Assembly: GCF_041146345.1 (NCBI RefSeq) | Contig: NW_027191402.1 | Span: 372,001-436,000 of the forward strand | Direction of reading: 5' to 3' | Length of the DNA stretch: 64,000 bases | DNA from: Neodothiora populina | Taxonomy: Eukaryota | In this document: piece after piece, positions 12,892-26,888 of the stretch | How positions within the stretch are numbered: the first letter of the stretch is position 1 | How the letters are laid out: each line of letters opens with the position of its first letter | Program-made: the position numbers and the translations under genes | Notes under the pieces: model-generated | The model's database searches: none | What the model saw: only the letters and a program-made list of their open reading frames with translations | Told to the model about the DNA's origin: nothing

Positions 12892-13499
12892 GCACCTTTT
12901 CTCCGCTAGCTTCTTGTTGTTCTTTTCCGGAGACTTTGGGTGGTTTCCATCTTTTTGCTCCTTTTGTCAAGATGCTTGCTACATCATGCATCCGACTCCG
13001 TGTATCGCTCGATCAAAAGTGAGCGCTGCAGCAGGATCGCAAGTGGTGGAGGACATGAAAAGCTACGGGTGGCGTTCTCTGGTGTATATAGAAAAGCAAA
13101 GATCGCAAAGCGATCTGTGTATGGCAAAAATGTATAGATGTATCTTTATTTTTTTTTTCTACCATGCTATCTTTGTCTGCCCATCACTGCGCGTTCTTGG
13201 AACCTTTCATCACGGAGAGAACAAATATGAGAGCGATCGATAGAGGAATTCAAAAGAGGAATAGTAGATTGCGATTAATTTCCACTATCCGTATATAACA
13301 TTCTGATAATACACATAAATCATGTCGGAAACAATAACAACACATCCGTATCGAAACAAGAGATCAAGAACAAAAGAAAGGAGACCTATAGGCTAGGAAA
13401 AAACACGCCAAAACATTCAGACCTTCAAACAATACAAAATACCGGGGAAATACAAGTCCTCATTCATTTCAAACCAACTTTCTCTTCTTCGCTTTTTGT

Positions 13500-16400
13500 T
13501 TACTTGCCTCCGAAGAGACCGCCAACGATCGGGAGCGAGCTAGCGCCACCACCGCTCTTCTTCTTATCCTTCTTGCCGATTCCGAGAGAGCTGGCGACGC
13601 TGCCGAGGCCGAGGCCACCGAGTAGCTTGTCGATGCCCAGGCCTCCGAGAAGACCATTGACGAGGCCACCGAGACCGAGGCCGTTGAGCAACTGTCCGAC
13701 GAGGCCCAGGACACCGGTGAGCAGGAGACCGACAGCGGCCAGGATCTGGAACAGAGGCTGGGTGAGAAGTCCCCAGAGAGGGTTGAGCTTCTTCTTTGCG
13801 TGAGGCATGTCTGAGATGCGCTTCTTTGCGTTGTCGATGGTCGTCACGACGGTGCTCGTGAGCTCCTTGAGCGTGTCTGCCAGTCTGTACTCCTCTGGGC
13901 TTGCCTCCTTGGTGCCGGCGCGGCCCTTGGCTTGGGCGGCGATGTGACCGTCGGGGTCGAGTCCACGAAGGGAACCGTTGCACTCTTGTAGGATGCGGCT
14001 GCCCTCTTCGATCAATGGCTTGACATTGTTGACCAACTCTTCCTCGTCCAACTCTTCACGTGGGGTGCGGTCGGCCTTCTCGATGAGCTGTGTGAGAGCA
14101 TGTTAGTACAACGCGTCTGATGGGTGATATGGAAGAGGTGAGAACTTACATCAGTGATCTGCTTGCAGACAGGCTGGATTCTCTCCAGAGTCTGTTGGCA
14201 GATGTTACCCATCTTCTCGGCGACTTGTCTCTCTTCCTCCTTCTTCCTGAGCTCTTCTTGCTCTTCGGGCGAGAGCTCTTCCTCTTCTTCCTCGGCAATG
14301 TTTTCGAGCAAGGTAACCTCTCCGACCTTGTTGCCATCGTTGTCGACGACATAGCCGTTGTCATCAACCTCAAGGCCAACACAGTGACCGAGATCACCAG
14401 CGGTGAGTCTACCCATGACATCGCCGTTCTCGTCGCGGACCTCACCCTCCTTGTTGACTCTGCGGCCAGACATGGGGTTGATCTTGCGCTCCTTCTCCTC
14501 GGGCTCCCATCGCTCGGCCTTGCCGATGATGTTGCCGTTCTTGTCCTGGATCTCACCCTCTTCATCGACCTTGTGTGCGATGAGCTTCTTGACGTCGCCC
14601 TCAACAATACGGCCGACGATGGTGCCATCGGGTGTGACAACCATGCCCTCCTTGTCGACAGTGATGCTATCGAACCCAGCGAAGGGACCTTCGATGCTGG
14701 TGTCTTGACCCTTGGCGAGCTCGGCTCTTCCGATGACATTGCCAGCATTGTCCCAGATCTGGCCTTGTCCGTCAACCTTCTTGCCGATCATAGTCTTCGG
14801 GTCGCCCTCAGAGACACGTCCCATGATGGTGCCAGACGAGTCGACCACGTTGCCGGCCTTGTTGACAGTGCATCCAGCGAGAGCGGACAGATCCTCGGGG
14901 GTCTGCTCCTCCTCCTCGTAAGGCTCGGCGTGTCCCTTGACGTTGCCGAACTTGTCATTAATATCACCATCTTCGTCGACGGCAAGACCGACAAGCTTCT
15001 TGGCATTGCCTTCGGTGATGACTCCAACGACGTTGCCGTCACCATCCTCGACCATACCTTCCTTGTTCACGTGGAGTCCCTCGCGGCCAGCGAATGGTCC
15101 CTCTGGTTTGGCGACACGCTCGTTCTCGGGTAGAGCCTCGCAGTGTCCTACGACCTTGCCAGTGTCGCTGTAAATGTTTCCATTCTCGTCGCAACGGCGG
15201 CCTGCAAGCTCCTTAACGTTGCCCTCGACGAGCTTACCGATAGGGATACCCTCCTCGTTGACAACAAAGCCTTGCTTGTTGAGCTTCTTGCCGTCGAGAA
15301 TGGAGTTGTCGACGGGCTGCTCTTCCTCCTCTTCCCAAGGCTCTGCATGACCCTTGACATTGCCGAACTTATCGTTAATGTCACCGTCTTCGTCAACTGT
15401 GAGGCCAATAAGCTTCTTAACGTTGCCTTCGGTGATAATGCCGACAACATTGCCTTCGGCATCCTCGACCTTGCCCTCCTTGTTGACGTGAAGACCTTCG
15501 CGACCGGCGAATGCTCCCTCTGGCTTCGCAACGCGCTCATTCTCAGGCAAAACCTCGCAGTGTCCTACGACCTTGCCGGTGTCGTTGTGAATGTCACCGT
15601 TCTCGTCACAGAGGCGACCTGCGAGCTCCTTAACATTGCCTTCGATGAGCTTTCCGATAGGAATGCCCTCGTCGGTGACAACGAAACCTTGCTTGTTGAG
15701 CTTCTTGCCATCGAGAATGGAGTTGTCAAGAGGGAGCTCCTCCTCTTCCTCTAGTGGCTCAGCGTGGCCCTTGACGTTTCCGTACTTGTCGATGATGTCT
15801 CCATCCTCGTCAACGGTAAGACCAATCAAACGCTTGGGGTTACCCTCGACGATCTGACCAACGACGTTGTCGTCCTCGTCGGCAACCTTGCCGTCAGCGA
15901 CAACACGCAGGCCTTGACGGCCAGCGAAGGGACCTTCGGGCTTAGACTCGCGCTCGTCTTCAGGAATAAGCTCGACACGGCCAATGACCTTGCCAGAGTC
16001 GTTCCAGAGCTGGCCTTCGCCATCAAGCTTCCTTCCGGCAAGCTCCTTAGCATTGCCCTCAATCAAGCGAGCAACGGGGACACCTTCGTCACCGATAACC
16101 ATGCCCATCTTGTTGACCGTCTTACCGGCGAGAGAAGAGAGGTCGAGAGGCTCAGCCTCTGGCTCAGCTTCCTCCTCGGGCTCTTCCCAACGATCGGCAT
16201 GCCCGACAACACTGCCCTTCTTGTCGATGATGTCGCCGTCTTCGTCAACAGCGCGTCCAACGAGCTTCTTGGCATCGCCCTCGACGACAACACCAACTCT
16301 GTTGCCGTTCTCATCTTCAACATAACCGTCCTTGACGACGATCAGGCCTTCAAGACCAGCGAATGTGCCCTCCTCATCAGGCTCTTCGATAGGAACAGTC

Positions 16401-19198
16401 TTGGCACGGCCAAGGATATGGCCCTTGTTGTCCCAGAATTGACCTTCGGCATCGGCGGTGAGGCCGGACTTGGATAACTTCTTCGCATCACCCTCGATAA
16501 GCTCACCAACGACGGTTCCGTTGGAATCTACCAACTTGCCGGCCTTGTTAACGCTTAGGCCTTCGAGGACAGAGAGAGGTGGGAGCTCTGGACCGGCATC
16601 TTCGGCATCCTCAGCGGCATCCTGGGCGTCCTCTGCGGCGTCCTGGGCATCGTCGGCTGCATCTTCAGCAGCGTCCTTGGCCTCCTCAAGCTCCTCACTT
16701 GGGATCTCTTGAGGTAGGGTCTTGACGCGGCCAATGACATTACCCTCGGCGTCGAGGACCTCGCCTTGCTCGTTGACCTTCTTACCAGTGCATTCGGCAA
16801 GGTCTCCGGAAGTGAGTTCGCCAATCTCCTCGCCATCCTCGTTGAGGATCTTGCCCTTCTTGTTGACCTTGAGTCCTTCAAGAATGTCAAGGTCAGGAAT
16901 CTTGAATTGCGGACCAGATTCCTCCTCGGCTTCGTCCTCGTCCTCGCCCTGGGCGGTCTCGCCAAGTGCTTCCTGGAGCTCGCGAGTGGCGGCTTCGGCT
17001 GCCTCTCCGGGCACAACGGCGACTTTGCCGATGATCTTTCCATCTTTGTCGAGGACTTCGCCCTTGTCATTGATCTTCTGACCGGCACAATCTTTAATCT
17101 CACCTTCGGTAAGCTCGCCAATCTCCTCGCCCTCGTCGTCAAGGACCTTGCCCTTCTTGTTGACCTTGCGGCCATCAAGGATGCGAAGATCGACCGCGAC
17201 GGCAGCAGCAAGCTTCTCAGCAGCACCTTCAGCGAGGCCGACCTTGCCGAGAACATTGCCTTCTTCGTCGACAACCTCGCCAGCGTCGTTGATCTTAAGG
17301 TCCTCTGCTTTGAGATCGCCAGCCTCAATCTTGTCCTTGAGGTCTTGATCTTCGATCTCACCGAGGACGTTACCCTGGTCATCAACAATCTCGCCAGCAT
17401 CGTTGAGCTCTTTGCCTTCCAACGCTTCGATGCCTGGGAGTTCATCTTCGATCCCATCGGCCTCGCCGGCAGCATCTTCTGCAGCGTCCGTGGCGTCGCC
17501 AGCAGCACCCTCTGCGGTGTCTTCTGCTTGGTCGACAAGGTTGGCGGCATCCTCGTGAATCTGAGCATGTCCAACGACGTTGCCGTCATCATCAATAAAC
17601 TCGCCGTTCTCGTTCAGCGTAGCATTCATGAGTTCCTGTGGGTCTCCGTCGACGACCTGGCCAACGGTGTCACCATCGTCGTTGTAGATAAGACCAGTTG
17701 GGTCACAAGTGAGTCCTTTGAGAATGTCTAGACCGGGAAGTTGAGTCTCGCCAGCGTATTCATCGGTGTCAGGTAGTTGACCAACGATCTCTTCAGCGCC
17801 CTCGGGCAACTCGCCCTTGTCCTTGAGCTCTGACATCTGCTTTCTGACCTCGTCGGGAAGGAGCTCGACGCGGCCTACGAGATCTCCATCGTCGTCGAGG
17901 ATCTCGCCGTCATCGCCAATGGGATATCCTGCAAGATCTTCAGCATCGCCCTCGGCGAGCTTGCCGATTGCATTGCCTTCACTGTCGTAGGCGAGGCCAT
18001 CCTCTGCCACTTCAACGCCTTTGAGCACAGAGAGATCGAGTGGAAGCTGTGAAAGATCGGGAGCCTGGTCGGCGGCGCCGTCCGTAGCGTCCTCGGCTGC
18101 ATCCTCGGTAGTGTCCTTCGCGTCTTCGGCAGTGTCCTCGGCGCCGTCAACGGCATCTTCTGCCGTGTCCTGTGCGTCTTCCGCGGTGTCTTTGGCACCG
18201 TCGACGGCATCTTCTGCCGTGTCTTTGGCGCCTTCCGCGGTGTCATCGGCACCGTCGACAGCATCTTCTGCAGTGTCTTTGGCGCCTTCCGCCACGTCTT
18301 CCGCGGTGTCTTCGGCACCCTCAGCGACGTCACCGGCAGTGTCTTCGGCACCTTCGGCAGCGTCCTCAGCAGTGTCCTTGACATCTTCTGCGGTGTCCTC
18401 GGCGGTTTCTTTCACATCGCCAGGGGCTTCCTTAGCGGTCTTGGAAGGGTCTTGTGAGGCCTTACCAGCAAGGCCTGAGGCCTTTCCGGCCAGTCCCTTC
18501 GCACCCTTAAGAAGGTTGCCACCAGTCTCCTCGGCGGTGTCCTGGGTGTCTCCGGCGACTTTGCCGGCGGTTTCTTGTGCATCGTCAGTTGCGTCGTCAG
18601 CTGTGTCATCAGCGGTATCGCCAGCTTTCTCGGTAGCATTATCGTCGTTATCTTCAGCGTCGTCTGCGGTTTCTTCTGCTGCCTCCTGGGCGCCGCCCAC
18701 AGTATCATCGTTAGAGTCGTCAATTGGTTTGGGAGCTTGCTCCTCGAGTGCGCCCTTTGCTTGGTCGCCCGCTTGGGAAACCTTGCTTAGAGGGCCTTCG
18801 TCATCATCGTCTTCATCGTCATCCTTTCCAGTTGCGGTGGATGGAGCTTCTGTGGTATCTTTCATCTCGACCTTGCTGGCTTGCTCAGGGGCGTCTGCAG
18901 CCTTTTCTGAGACGTCCTTAGCAGCCTCACCGGCCTTATCTTGGGCACCCTTGGCGGTGTCGCCAGCCTTTTCGGCTACGTCTCCAACCTCGGGCTTCTC
19001 GGGCGCTTCCGGGGCATCTACATCAGGTTTTGAAGCTTCAGAGAGCTTAGGTGCTGAAGGCTTCTTTGCACCAGATGCCGGTGTGTTAGATGCTGCTTGA
19101 CCTAGCTTGCCAGTCTGGCTGCTCTGGGGTTTTCTACCAAGCTTGGTAGGAGTTCTGGGGGCGCCAGAAGCCTTGCCTGCTGCAGGTGAGGGAGCCAT
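13500..19198 (-). CDS. Very large acidic repeat protein (DUF3659-type repeats, 'LEA-domain protein'), ~1880 aa
   Basis: Exons 19198-14150 and 14087-13500; intron 14149-14088 GTAAGT...CACAG. Likely start MAPSPAAGK. It has an 11-mer AEDTAEDVAEG-type tract, about 20 copies of a ~65-70-aa unit (L-x-G-x-x-V-N-K-x-G-x-V-x-D-x-x-G-x-x-I-G-x-L-x-E-G) and a Gly/Leu-rich hydrophobic C-terminus. Confidence 0.85.
14897..15730 (-). repeat. 417-bp (139-aa) intragenic tandem duplication
   Basis: DNSILDGKKLNKQGFVV...GNVKGHAEP occurs twice at a 417-nt offset (TGGAGTTGTC at 15301 and 15718), with long identical nucleotide runs. Confidence 0.9.
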
Positions 19199-21801
19199 AC
19201 TTTTAGTTGTGCGTGTGGTGGTTTGAGGAGTTGAATTGATAGAGCGAGGACTGTTAGGCCAGGAGTAGTATGCGTAAGAAGAAGAGCTCATGCAAATGTT
19301 AGGGGTATCAAATAGAAGAAATTGAAATGTGTAAGTGTCCAAGGCGAGACGACCAAGCAAATATCTTATAATGGACAGTGTAGGGGCTGGAAACTCGACA
19401 GAGCTACCTATGACATCAAACAAGCTCGCGCCTCATCTTACATTTACCAGCCTCAAAAGTTGGACAAGTGGGTTTACGGTGATAGGCGCTCACACGTCAC
19501 CAGCCTCACCACCACAAGAGACAGCTGGGGAAGTGTGGCACGCAACATCGTCGATGGCTGTGGAGAGATGCATCTAGCGAAGGCAGTGGAGATCGGGAAC
19601 AAACGTTAGTGGTTATGTGGCCCATGGTTGTAGGTGCAGTGTATACTTCAGCTTGCCGCGTTTTGTTGTGGGAGACCTACCAGCTATATCACCTCGAAGC
19701 ACCTACATTGTATACAAAGCTTTTCGCATCAGCGCACCTATGCCCGAGTCGTTCGACACTCTCTCTCATGCTCTCTACGGATTGGAGAGTCTGGTCCAAG
19801 ATTGGTGTTTCGTCAGCTATCGCAGGGCAACCGAGAGCTCAATTTCGTGTGGGATCAAGGTGTCTTGGTGAAATGACGGAATGCTTACAGGGATTATATG
19901 CATGCAGGGCACAGGACCGACGATCATACCCACCAAAATCGATTCTGGCCGCATAAGTGGAGTCAGAAGCGGAAGAAACGAGTTGTCCCAAACCCTTTCA
20001 GGACTAGAGAAGAGGCGAACTGATCATCGCATCGCGCATGTATTGTATCCGCAAACAGGCACCACATCAGTATCGAATCTCTTCTCCACTCTGTTTAAAT
20101 CTCCTCCTGGTTCACTGATGAAACATGGAAACGACGCGCAAGTCGGAAAACACTTCTGTCCCCCAGCCGTTGGGCCAACCTAAATCAACTCGCGAAGACA
20201 ACCGACTCGGCTCGAGCTGCTAGCGTCGGGTATGATCAGGATCGTGGAATTTGGTCATAGGTGTGGATGCGCTGTGGTGTCACAATGCTGTCAACCAACA
20301 CCCCAATTCAAACATGATATTCTTGTGGAGAAATCTGTAAGAGATCAGAGACATCAGTTGCTATCACAGTATACTTCAGTGGCCTCTGGTGATTGATTGT
20401 GTTGACTTGTCATATCTTCTACAAGTGTTTGGTGGAACCATGATATCAGCATACTGCTGAATCTTGTTCCGTGGTTCCTGTTTTCAGCCGCCCCTTCCCC
20501 ACGTGTCTAGACACTTAAGGTGCGAGTTAATTCTCCAAGGTAGCTATCAGTAACTTGGCTGTACGGAGTACAAAAGTAAAGTACCTACTTTGAGCTCGAG
20601 GTCCTTACACAGGGCAGAGCCAAGCCACTGCACCTGTTGCGTCATGTATACACGGAGCATCACACACCTCACACAAGTGTAGAACGTTCACACCATAAAT
20701 GTGGGCGCGCTCAGTATGGTACTGAAGCACGGCGCAAATGATTCGTAAAACAGCTGGGGTATACAGTGTAAATGTACAGGGTATTTCACAATATTGGATA
20801 ATTCATGTAGATCTTACAAGGTACGGCGTTATCCCCGTGGCTTGCATGGTGCGTACTACCTCAGGTAGCCTGTTGAACTACAGTACCTTGCGGTATCGTG
20901 GTGCACAGGTCAAAACCCTCACGGGTGTACCTGCCTCTGACCAGATATACAGTACCTTAAAGATCATCTCAGACTTGTCGAGTTCAGATAAAACGGTTTG
21001 TCGCGCCTCGACTTAACGTTGCTCTCTGATCGCGGAGATCGGATGAATTAAATTAGGCAAGGCAAGGACTTGCACTACTGCATCGCAGTAGCTACCTTAC
21101 ATACCTTACTCTGGTGAGTTTTGCACAAGTCGAACGGCAGCAACCACTCTCTAGTATTCGCCCTGTATCTACTCGAAATTCACGCTGCGGCTTGAAGCTC
21201 AAGCTTCATGGTCTCATCACTCCAATCTTACTAAGTACCACTTTCTATCCATCAAGCTATCACTTTAAAGTCATTCAAGCCATCACTTTATTTGGGTAAA
21301 CCGGCCATGGAGTTAATTTTTCGTGCCTCTTTGCTCTGTGCCTGTGACCCGCTAAAAGACCAAGTTATCTTTCTCGTCTCATCTTCTTGTTTCTAGTAAC
21401 CGTGTCCACTACAAAAGCACATTTTACAACACAATTTTCGGAGAGGAATCAAAAAAGTCCTCGGCGCCCGCAATCGTTTCGCCTGTTATTGTGCCTACGT
21501 TGCCGATACAAGTCTGTCAATTCAAATTTTGTGGCTATTAAGTTGTATGGGGAGACCCTGCAAACGTATTGGAACGGCGTAAAAGGATTCAAGGGAAGGA
21601 CTTAGACTCGAGCCGACTGAGACGGTTCATGACATAGTCACCAAGAAGAGGATGAGGAATTGATCAAGCATCATGCGTATGATTTGCTAGGTAGGAGTTC
21701 TAGACTACGGTCGCGATTGAAAGTTATCAAGAGTTGGGGTATCCATAAATGTAAGAAAAGTAAGGGTATGTGCTCTTGCATGAGTCCGTTTGAAGATAGT
21801 C

Positions 21802-23588
21802 TCAGCCACCATTTACGTGAAGTTTCTGCTTCAATCGAGTGGTAAGACTTGTGCGCCGTTTCGTCTTTTCGACTTCTGCTGCTTGAGCCTCGAGGAACGC
21901 CGTCTCCTTTTGGGCACTGCTAGATCGATCTTGCTGATCTGCTTGTCTCTCCTTTGCTTCCTTTGGGTTGAGAACATCGTGGACATATTGTTTGCCTTTG
22001 CCAAGCTTTGTCTTGACTCCCGTGTAACCCTCAACGCCTAACAGGACTGCATATGAGCGTGTGATATTTACATGACTCAGATCAACGGCTTCGTCCTTCA
22101 AGTGGTGGACGAATTCGCGATAGCTTTGCAAAGGTGGCGAATAGTGCCCGCTCAAGGCCTCGATTCGCCTCAGCTGTCCTTGCTTGACACGCAATTGTCC
22201 ACAGGCTCCAGCAGCAGCACCGCTTAGCATTGATGAGTGCTGGAATGCTCCCTTCTGCTTGATACCAACATACATGCGGAAAGAAGTATCCGCTACATAA
22301 ATCCAGATGTTCTTCTTCTTGGTCTGTTGTGGAGGTGAATCGGGGTTGGCGTTCGATCGAACAAGTGTATCGTCATTTGGCCTCTCAGTTGGCTTCTCGG
22401 CGCGTTCCAGATCATCTTTGGTTCCCACGCTGCTGATGGAAGTGCTGCTGCCATTATCAGAAAATACCGTCGTCTTCGATTGGCCACTTGTGTCACGCCA
22501 GGTGGGTGTTGAGGTATCTGAGATTGGTACGATCCCCATGAGACTATCTCGATACTGAGCAGATGTGTCGATGAGTTCGCCATTCTTCGCCCAACGCAAC
22601 AAGCCTTGCTGATCGAAGTTGACAAGATACATTTTCCTCTCTTCTTTGTTTAGATACCTGTATCTCGTGACGGCTTAGAGATTTTCTTGCCGGAAGACGA
22701 GCTTGCTAACGTACCTCACTTTCTCCTCGTCCAGTCGTTTACGAGGTCTATTCTCGAGATCCACGCCTCTACCTTCGCCATAATCCTAGATAATCAGTAT
22801 GTGCAATTCCTGAAGCATAGGTATTGTCTTACTAGCCAATAGAAAAAGTTCTCTTTTGTATCACTGTCCTTCCACGCCTGGTGGTAGGCACGAAGGTTGC
22901 TGCCATAGCGATGATGGTGGTCAACCTAACCTGAAGTCAGAGTATGCACAAGGACTGATACGATGCCACGATGAATTTACGAACCATCTCAAGGAAATAC
23001 TCGATACCCATAACACGCGGCTGCGGTCGCGTACTCGTTCTCTTCCTTGTAATGCTCTCCCCATTCGTCTCCGTAGGCTGAGCATCATCGTTCGCGTTGG
23101 TGAGATTGTCATTACTATCTGACCCACTTGCCTTTCGACTGCTAGCCCGTTCTGCGATATCCCAAGCCTGACGCCAACGATTTTTGGCCAAAGAGTCACT
23201 AGTTGACAGAGACGATAAGCGTTCATGCTTCGATGTTGGCTGAGTTGACCGTCTATACTGTGCTAGATCACGAAAACGTCGTCAACATAATCCGTAGTGG
23301 AGCAGTAGACTCGCATACCATCCTTTACTGCCTGAGTCCAAGGTGTCAGTGAACATTGCCAGAGAAGCATATTCTTTCAAAGATTACCTCGGCCCATTTA
23401 TCCGACGCAGAAAGTCCATAGCCTTGGAGCTCCCTTCTTGAGCGATAGCCACGATAATTCCGTTGTATGAGCTCCGCAGCCCTCGCTTCTCGAACTTGTC
23501 TTTCCTTTTCAGCCTGTGTTGCGGCGATCTCATGGAGCCGTTGTGGTGGTGGAATCGTAAAAGGCACAGGCTCTGCGTGGGAGGACAT
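21802..23588 (-). CDS. IQ calmodulin-binding motif protein (IQM-like)
   Basis: Six exons, including a 13-nt microexon at 23331-23319. IQ motif AAELIQRNYRGYRSRREL. Spliced YFLEMVDHHHRYGSNLRAYH...FFYWLDYGEG, and WIYVADTSFRMYVGIKQKGAFQHSS...LSGHYSP. Confidence 0.85.
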
Positions 23589-24128
23589 CCTTGTCACGGA
23601 AAGATTGTAAAAATGGCCGAACAGCAACTCCAGGTAGTCGATCGCGGCTTCTTTCATGAACTCAAGAAGATATAGATTGGTTCCAAAGAGCTCAGCCTAC
23701 CTGATTTGTTTTACCGTGTGTTACCATCCACAGACACGTCAGAAGAGTAGTAGCGTCCAATGTAACCAAGGCTTTCTGCACCTATCGCCCACGAGATTTA
23801 CCTACACAACACCTCATTCGCGGATGGCTTCGCTTGTTACCTGTAATTTGCAAGATCACTTGTGGGGTTGCAGCGGACTGGACTGGAGGCTTGCGGCCTC
23901 ATACCTGCGAGGAGACGTCATACTCACATGGTGTTTAATGGAGATAAGAGTTCGTGGTTTCTGTAGGTACCCTGTACCTTACCTCACTTCTCTGCGTAAA
24001 ACCTTATATGGCGACAGTACCCCAAATGCACAAAGTCCACGTGAATGCGTGTCGAGATCAACGCGACCTTTCGTCAAACATCCGCGCCATGATGTATGTA
24101 AAATACACAAGTGGCGTCGTCAGATAAA

Positions 24129-26754
24129 ATGCTGAGGGATACTGGCACATCTCAGCATAATGTAATGCTGGCTAAGCGCAAACAATTGCAGCTTAGTCCG
24201 AAGACCGATCAGGTCGCGAAAGGAGATCGGTCTGCCAAACGATTGAGATTGAGTATCAACGAGGATGTCGAGGCCACGCCTGACTTAGAAAATCGGCCGC
24301 CATCGCCTTCCTTTTTCAAGTCTTCTATCCCAGACTCTGAGGCTGAAAGTGACTCTGAAGAAATTCATCATGCCACTAAGGTTCGGAAAACCGACCTGGA
24401 GACCGCTTTGCCACCCATTGACGAGAAGGCTGTAATTGAGAATTACACAATTCCCTCTACGGAGGAACATAGTAGCACACCCGAGCAACGTCTTGCGGAG
24501 CGCAAGTGGGTGCCGGGGAAAAGTTCTATATATGTAGATGCTTTCAACTTAGCACTGGATACTGTATTACAGGATGAAAGCCATCTGTTTGACGCGGCTG
24601 AGACTGCATTATTTCAAACATGGCGTGATCTGACTTTCGAAGCGCAGTATCTGTAAGTAGATGAAGTACTACGATCTCACTGCTGTAGTGTACAGCTCGT
24701 GATCCCTGGCTGACTGAGAGCGCAGCTATGTTCGATTGTTCCTTCGCAAGACTTCAAGCTGGCATCGTGTCAATCGTTTAGGATACCATAGTGATATTGC
24801 TAACCTCGATATTGCGATCAAAGATCTACTTCAAGTCAGGAGTCTCCCTCCACCGAGCGAGCTTCTCCCTGAGTCTGGATTTGCTGCGCTTGAAGATAGC
24901 TTGAAGATTGGAGACAGTTTCACCTTCGCAGATGGATCAGCCGAACATATCACTGATCTTGAGGAAGCTTCATCACTGTTGCTCTTAGACGAACTCAAGA
25001 CGTTGGCCAAAGACGCAAAGGTGCAGGGGAAGACGAAACGCGAACTCGCGAAAGCATTCAGGAAGGCTAGCAGTAAGCAATCAGGCCTGGGGTGGACATC
25101 TCTGAAAAGAAGCGACACAGAAGAGAGCGCAGGTTCAGTCATGTCAGGTGACTTTGATCTGGAGAGCAGAGAATCGACTCCGTCTCATACTCGCGACGAA
25201 CATTTCATGGACAAGATCTTCGCAATCACCGGCCCATTTGTACGCTTGTCACTGCCAGTGCTTAAGCTCTTCGAGCGAGTGCATCTGGTCTTCTATCGAT
25301 CCACTGAATGGACGGAAAAGTCACTCACCGCAATCATTCTTGCTCGAATTGCGCGATGGACTTTTCCAAGCTACATTGTTTGTCGCTCCACAAACATATT
25401 TCCGTCTCGTATAATCCTCTTGGAGTTCGAGGCTTCCCTCCGGCTTCAATTTAAAGTTGACAGTATACTTGAGTTCAACGGGCCACTCACGAAAGATGGA
25501 ATCCAGACTATAATAGACATTTTCGAGGACGTCCTTCCTCGCTGGACGGCGTTAGTGGAGGAGGAGGGACAAAAGGAGGAGAGTATCTTCGCGTCTGGAG
25601 AAGGTGCCTATCTACGCCGTCTGTCCCCGGCGTGGGTTTACACTCGCATTCTCCACAAGGGTGCTTACGTGTTGGGGAAGTTGAAGGAGCATACCCGCGA
25701 GCACGAGATACTAACCAGCTTGCTCGCCCAACGCCAGTTTCATACCGCACGGCGAGGTGATTGGTATCAAAGGAAAGCCCTTCTACAGGAGCATTACATG
25801 CATGCGCTGTCGCCGACCGAAGGTCGAAGCGGAGATGCTGCGAAGAAGCACTGGAAACGGGTCGCTCTACAGACTTGTGAAGAAGGTCTACAGGATCCTC
25901 TTGTACATCTCATATATCACCACGACCTTCAGAAACGTATAGTGAAGCTTGAGAAGTCACTCAGGATACCGAAGCGAGAGCAGCATGATTTTGGTCATGT
26001 TCGATTGGCTAAACCAGCAGAGCGGACTTTTTATGGAACACAGATCCTGCGTCAGGAGCGTGATAGAGAAGCTACACAGAAAGGTCGCAAAGGCTCCAAG
26101 ACCATATGGATCGATCCTGGTGTGGAGGAAGGAGGCGGAGAATGCTCCGTTGAGGCCATGTGCCTGTCACAGTACCGAGGGCTCGGTTACCGAGGCTACC
26201 ACTCCGAAGGTGGCATACTGCGCACGCTTTTCGCTTATCTCTTCTACGACGTTCTGTTCCTTTACATACCCGATGTCTTCCAAACTGCTTATCAGACTTG
26301 TCCTCTGGACCTTCATACAGATGCGTTCTACCCTTCGAGGATCTCTGAAATGAACCAACGACTAAATGAGATTAGCAACGGAGGCGCAGTGGGAATCGTC
26401 CAGCGGGTATGGGATGAGCACAGCGAGCAGCGAACTTGTGTAGTTGGCCTCGATTGGTCCTTTGAATTGGGTGATCTCTTGTCAATCGCAAAGTGTTTCC
26501 CGCCCGCCGCACTCAGTACGGTGTGCAAGGTAGTCGCTCAGGAGTACGGACAGAGGGGCGGAGGCGTGCCTGATCTGTTTCTCTGGCGAGAAGACGAGCA
26601 TGACTACGGAGAGATTGTTTTTGTCGAAGTGAAGAGTCAAAATGACCGCCTGAGCGACACGCAGAGGCTTTGGATAGATGTGCTGAGTGGAGCAGGCATC
26701 CGCGTCGAACTCTGCAATGCTCTAGCAAAGGAAGTGAAGGTTGTAGAGAGATAG
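24129..26754 (+). CDS. FAN1: Fanconi-associated nuclease 1 (VRR-NUC domain)
   Basis: Exons ~24129-24652 and 24726-26754; the splice gives EAQYLYVRLFLRK. Motifs include SVEAMCL, GYHSEGG, FQTAYQTCPLDL and PD-(D/E)xK GGGVPDLFLW...FVEVKSQNDRLSDTQRLW. Exact start is uncertain. Confidence 0.92.
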
Positions 26755-26888
26755 CTGATGCCCTTGCACATGTGAATTTAGATTTATCATGCCCTGTATC
26801 GCCACACAAAGGCTTGCAGATACCGCTTCCAGTGCATGATTCTCTCGTATCGAAAAACTTGTGAAGCCGATCATTCAGCCCTAGTTAC

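Noticed and set aside
18080..18420. ~33-bp periodic repeats superficially like a CRISPR array or minisatellite
   Set aside because: They are degenerate in-frame coding repeats (11-aa period) without unique spacers, in a eukaryotic context.
14120..19100. Long plus-strand ORFs (337, 321, 359 aa and others) opposite the repeat protein
   Set aside because: These are antisense shadows caused by strong codon bias and repetitive acidic sequence, with no protein-like motifs.
19200..21800. 2.6-kb intergenic region with several 60-115-aa ORFs
   Set aside because: No coding bias, recognisable motifs, coherent splice model, terminal repeats or snRNA signature was seen. I treat it as regulatory DNA, though an ncRNA cannot be excluded without an Rfam scan.
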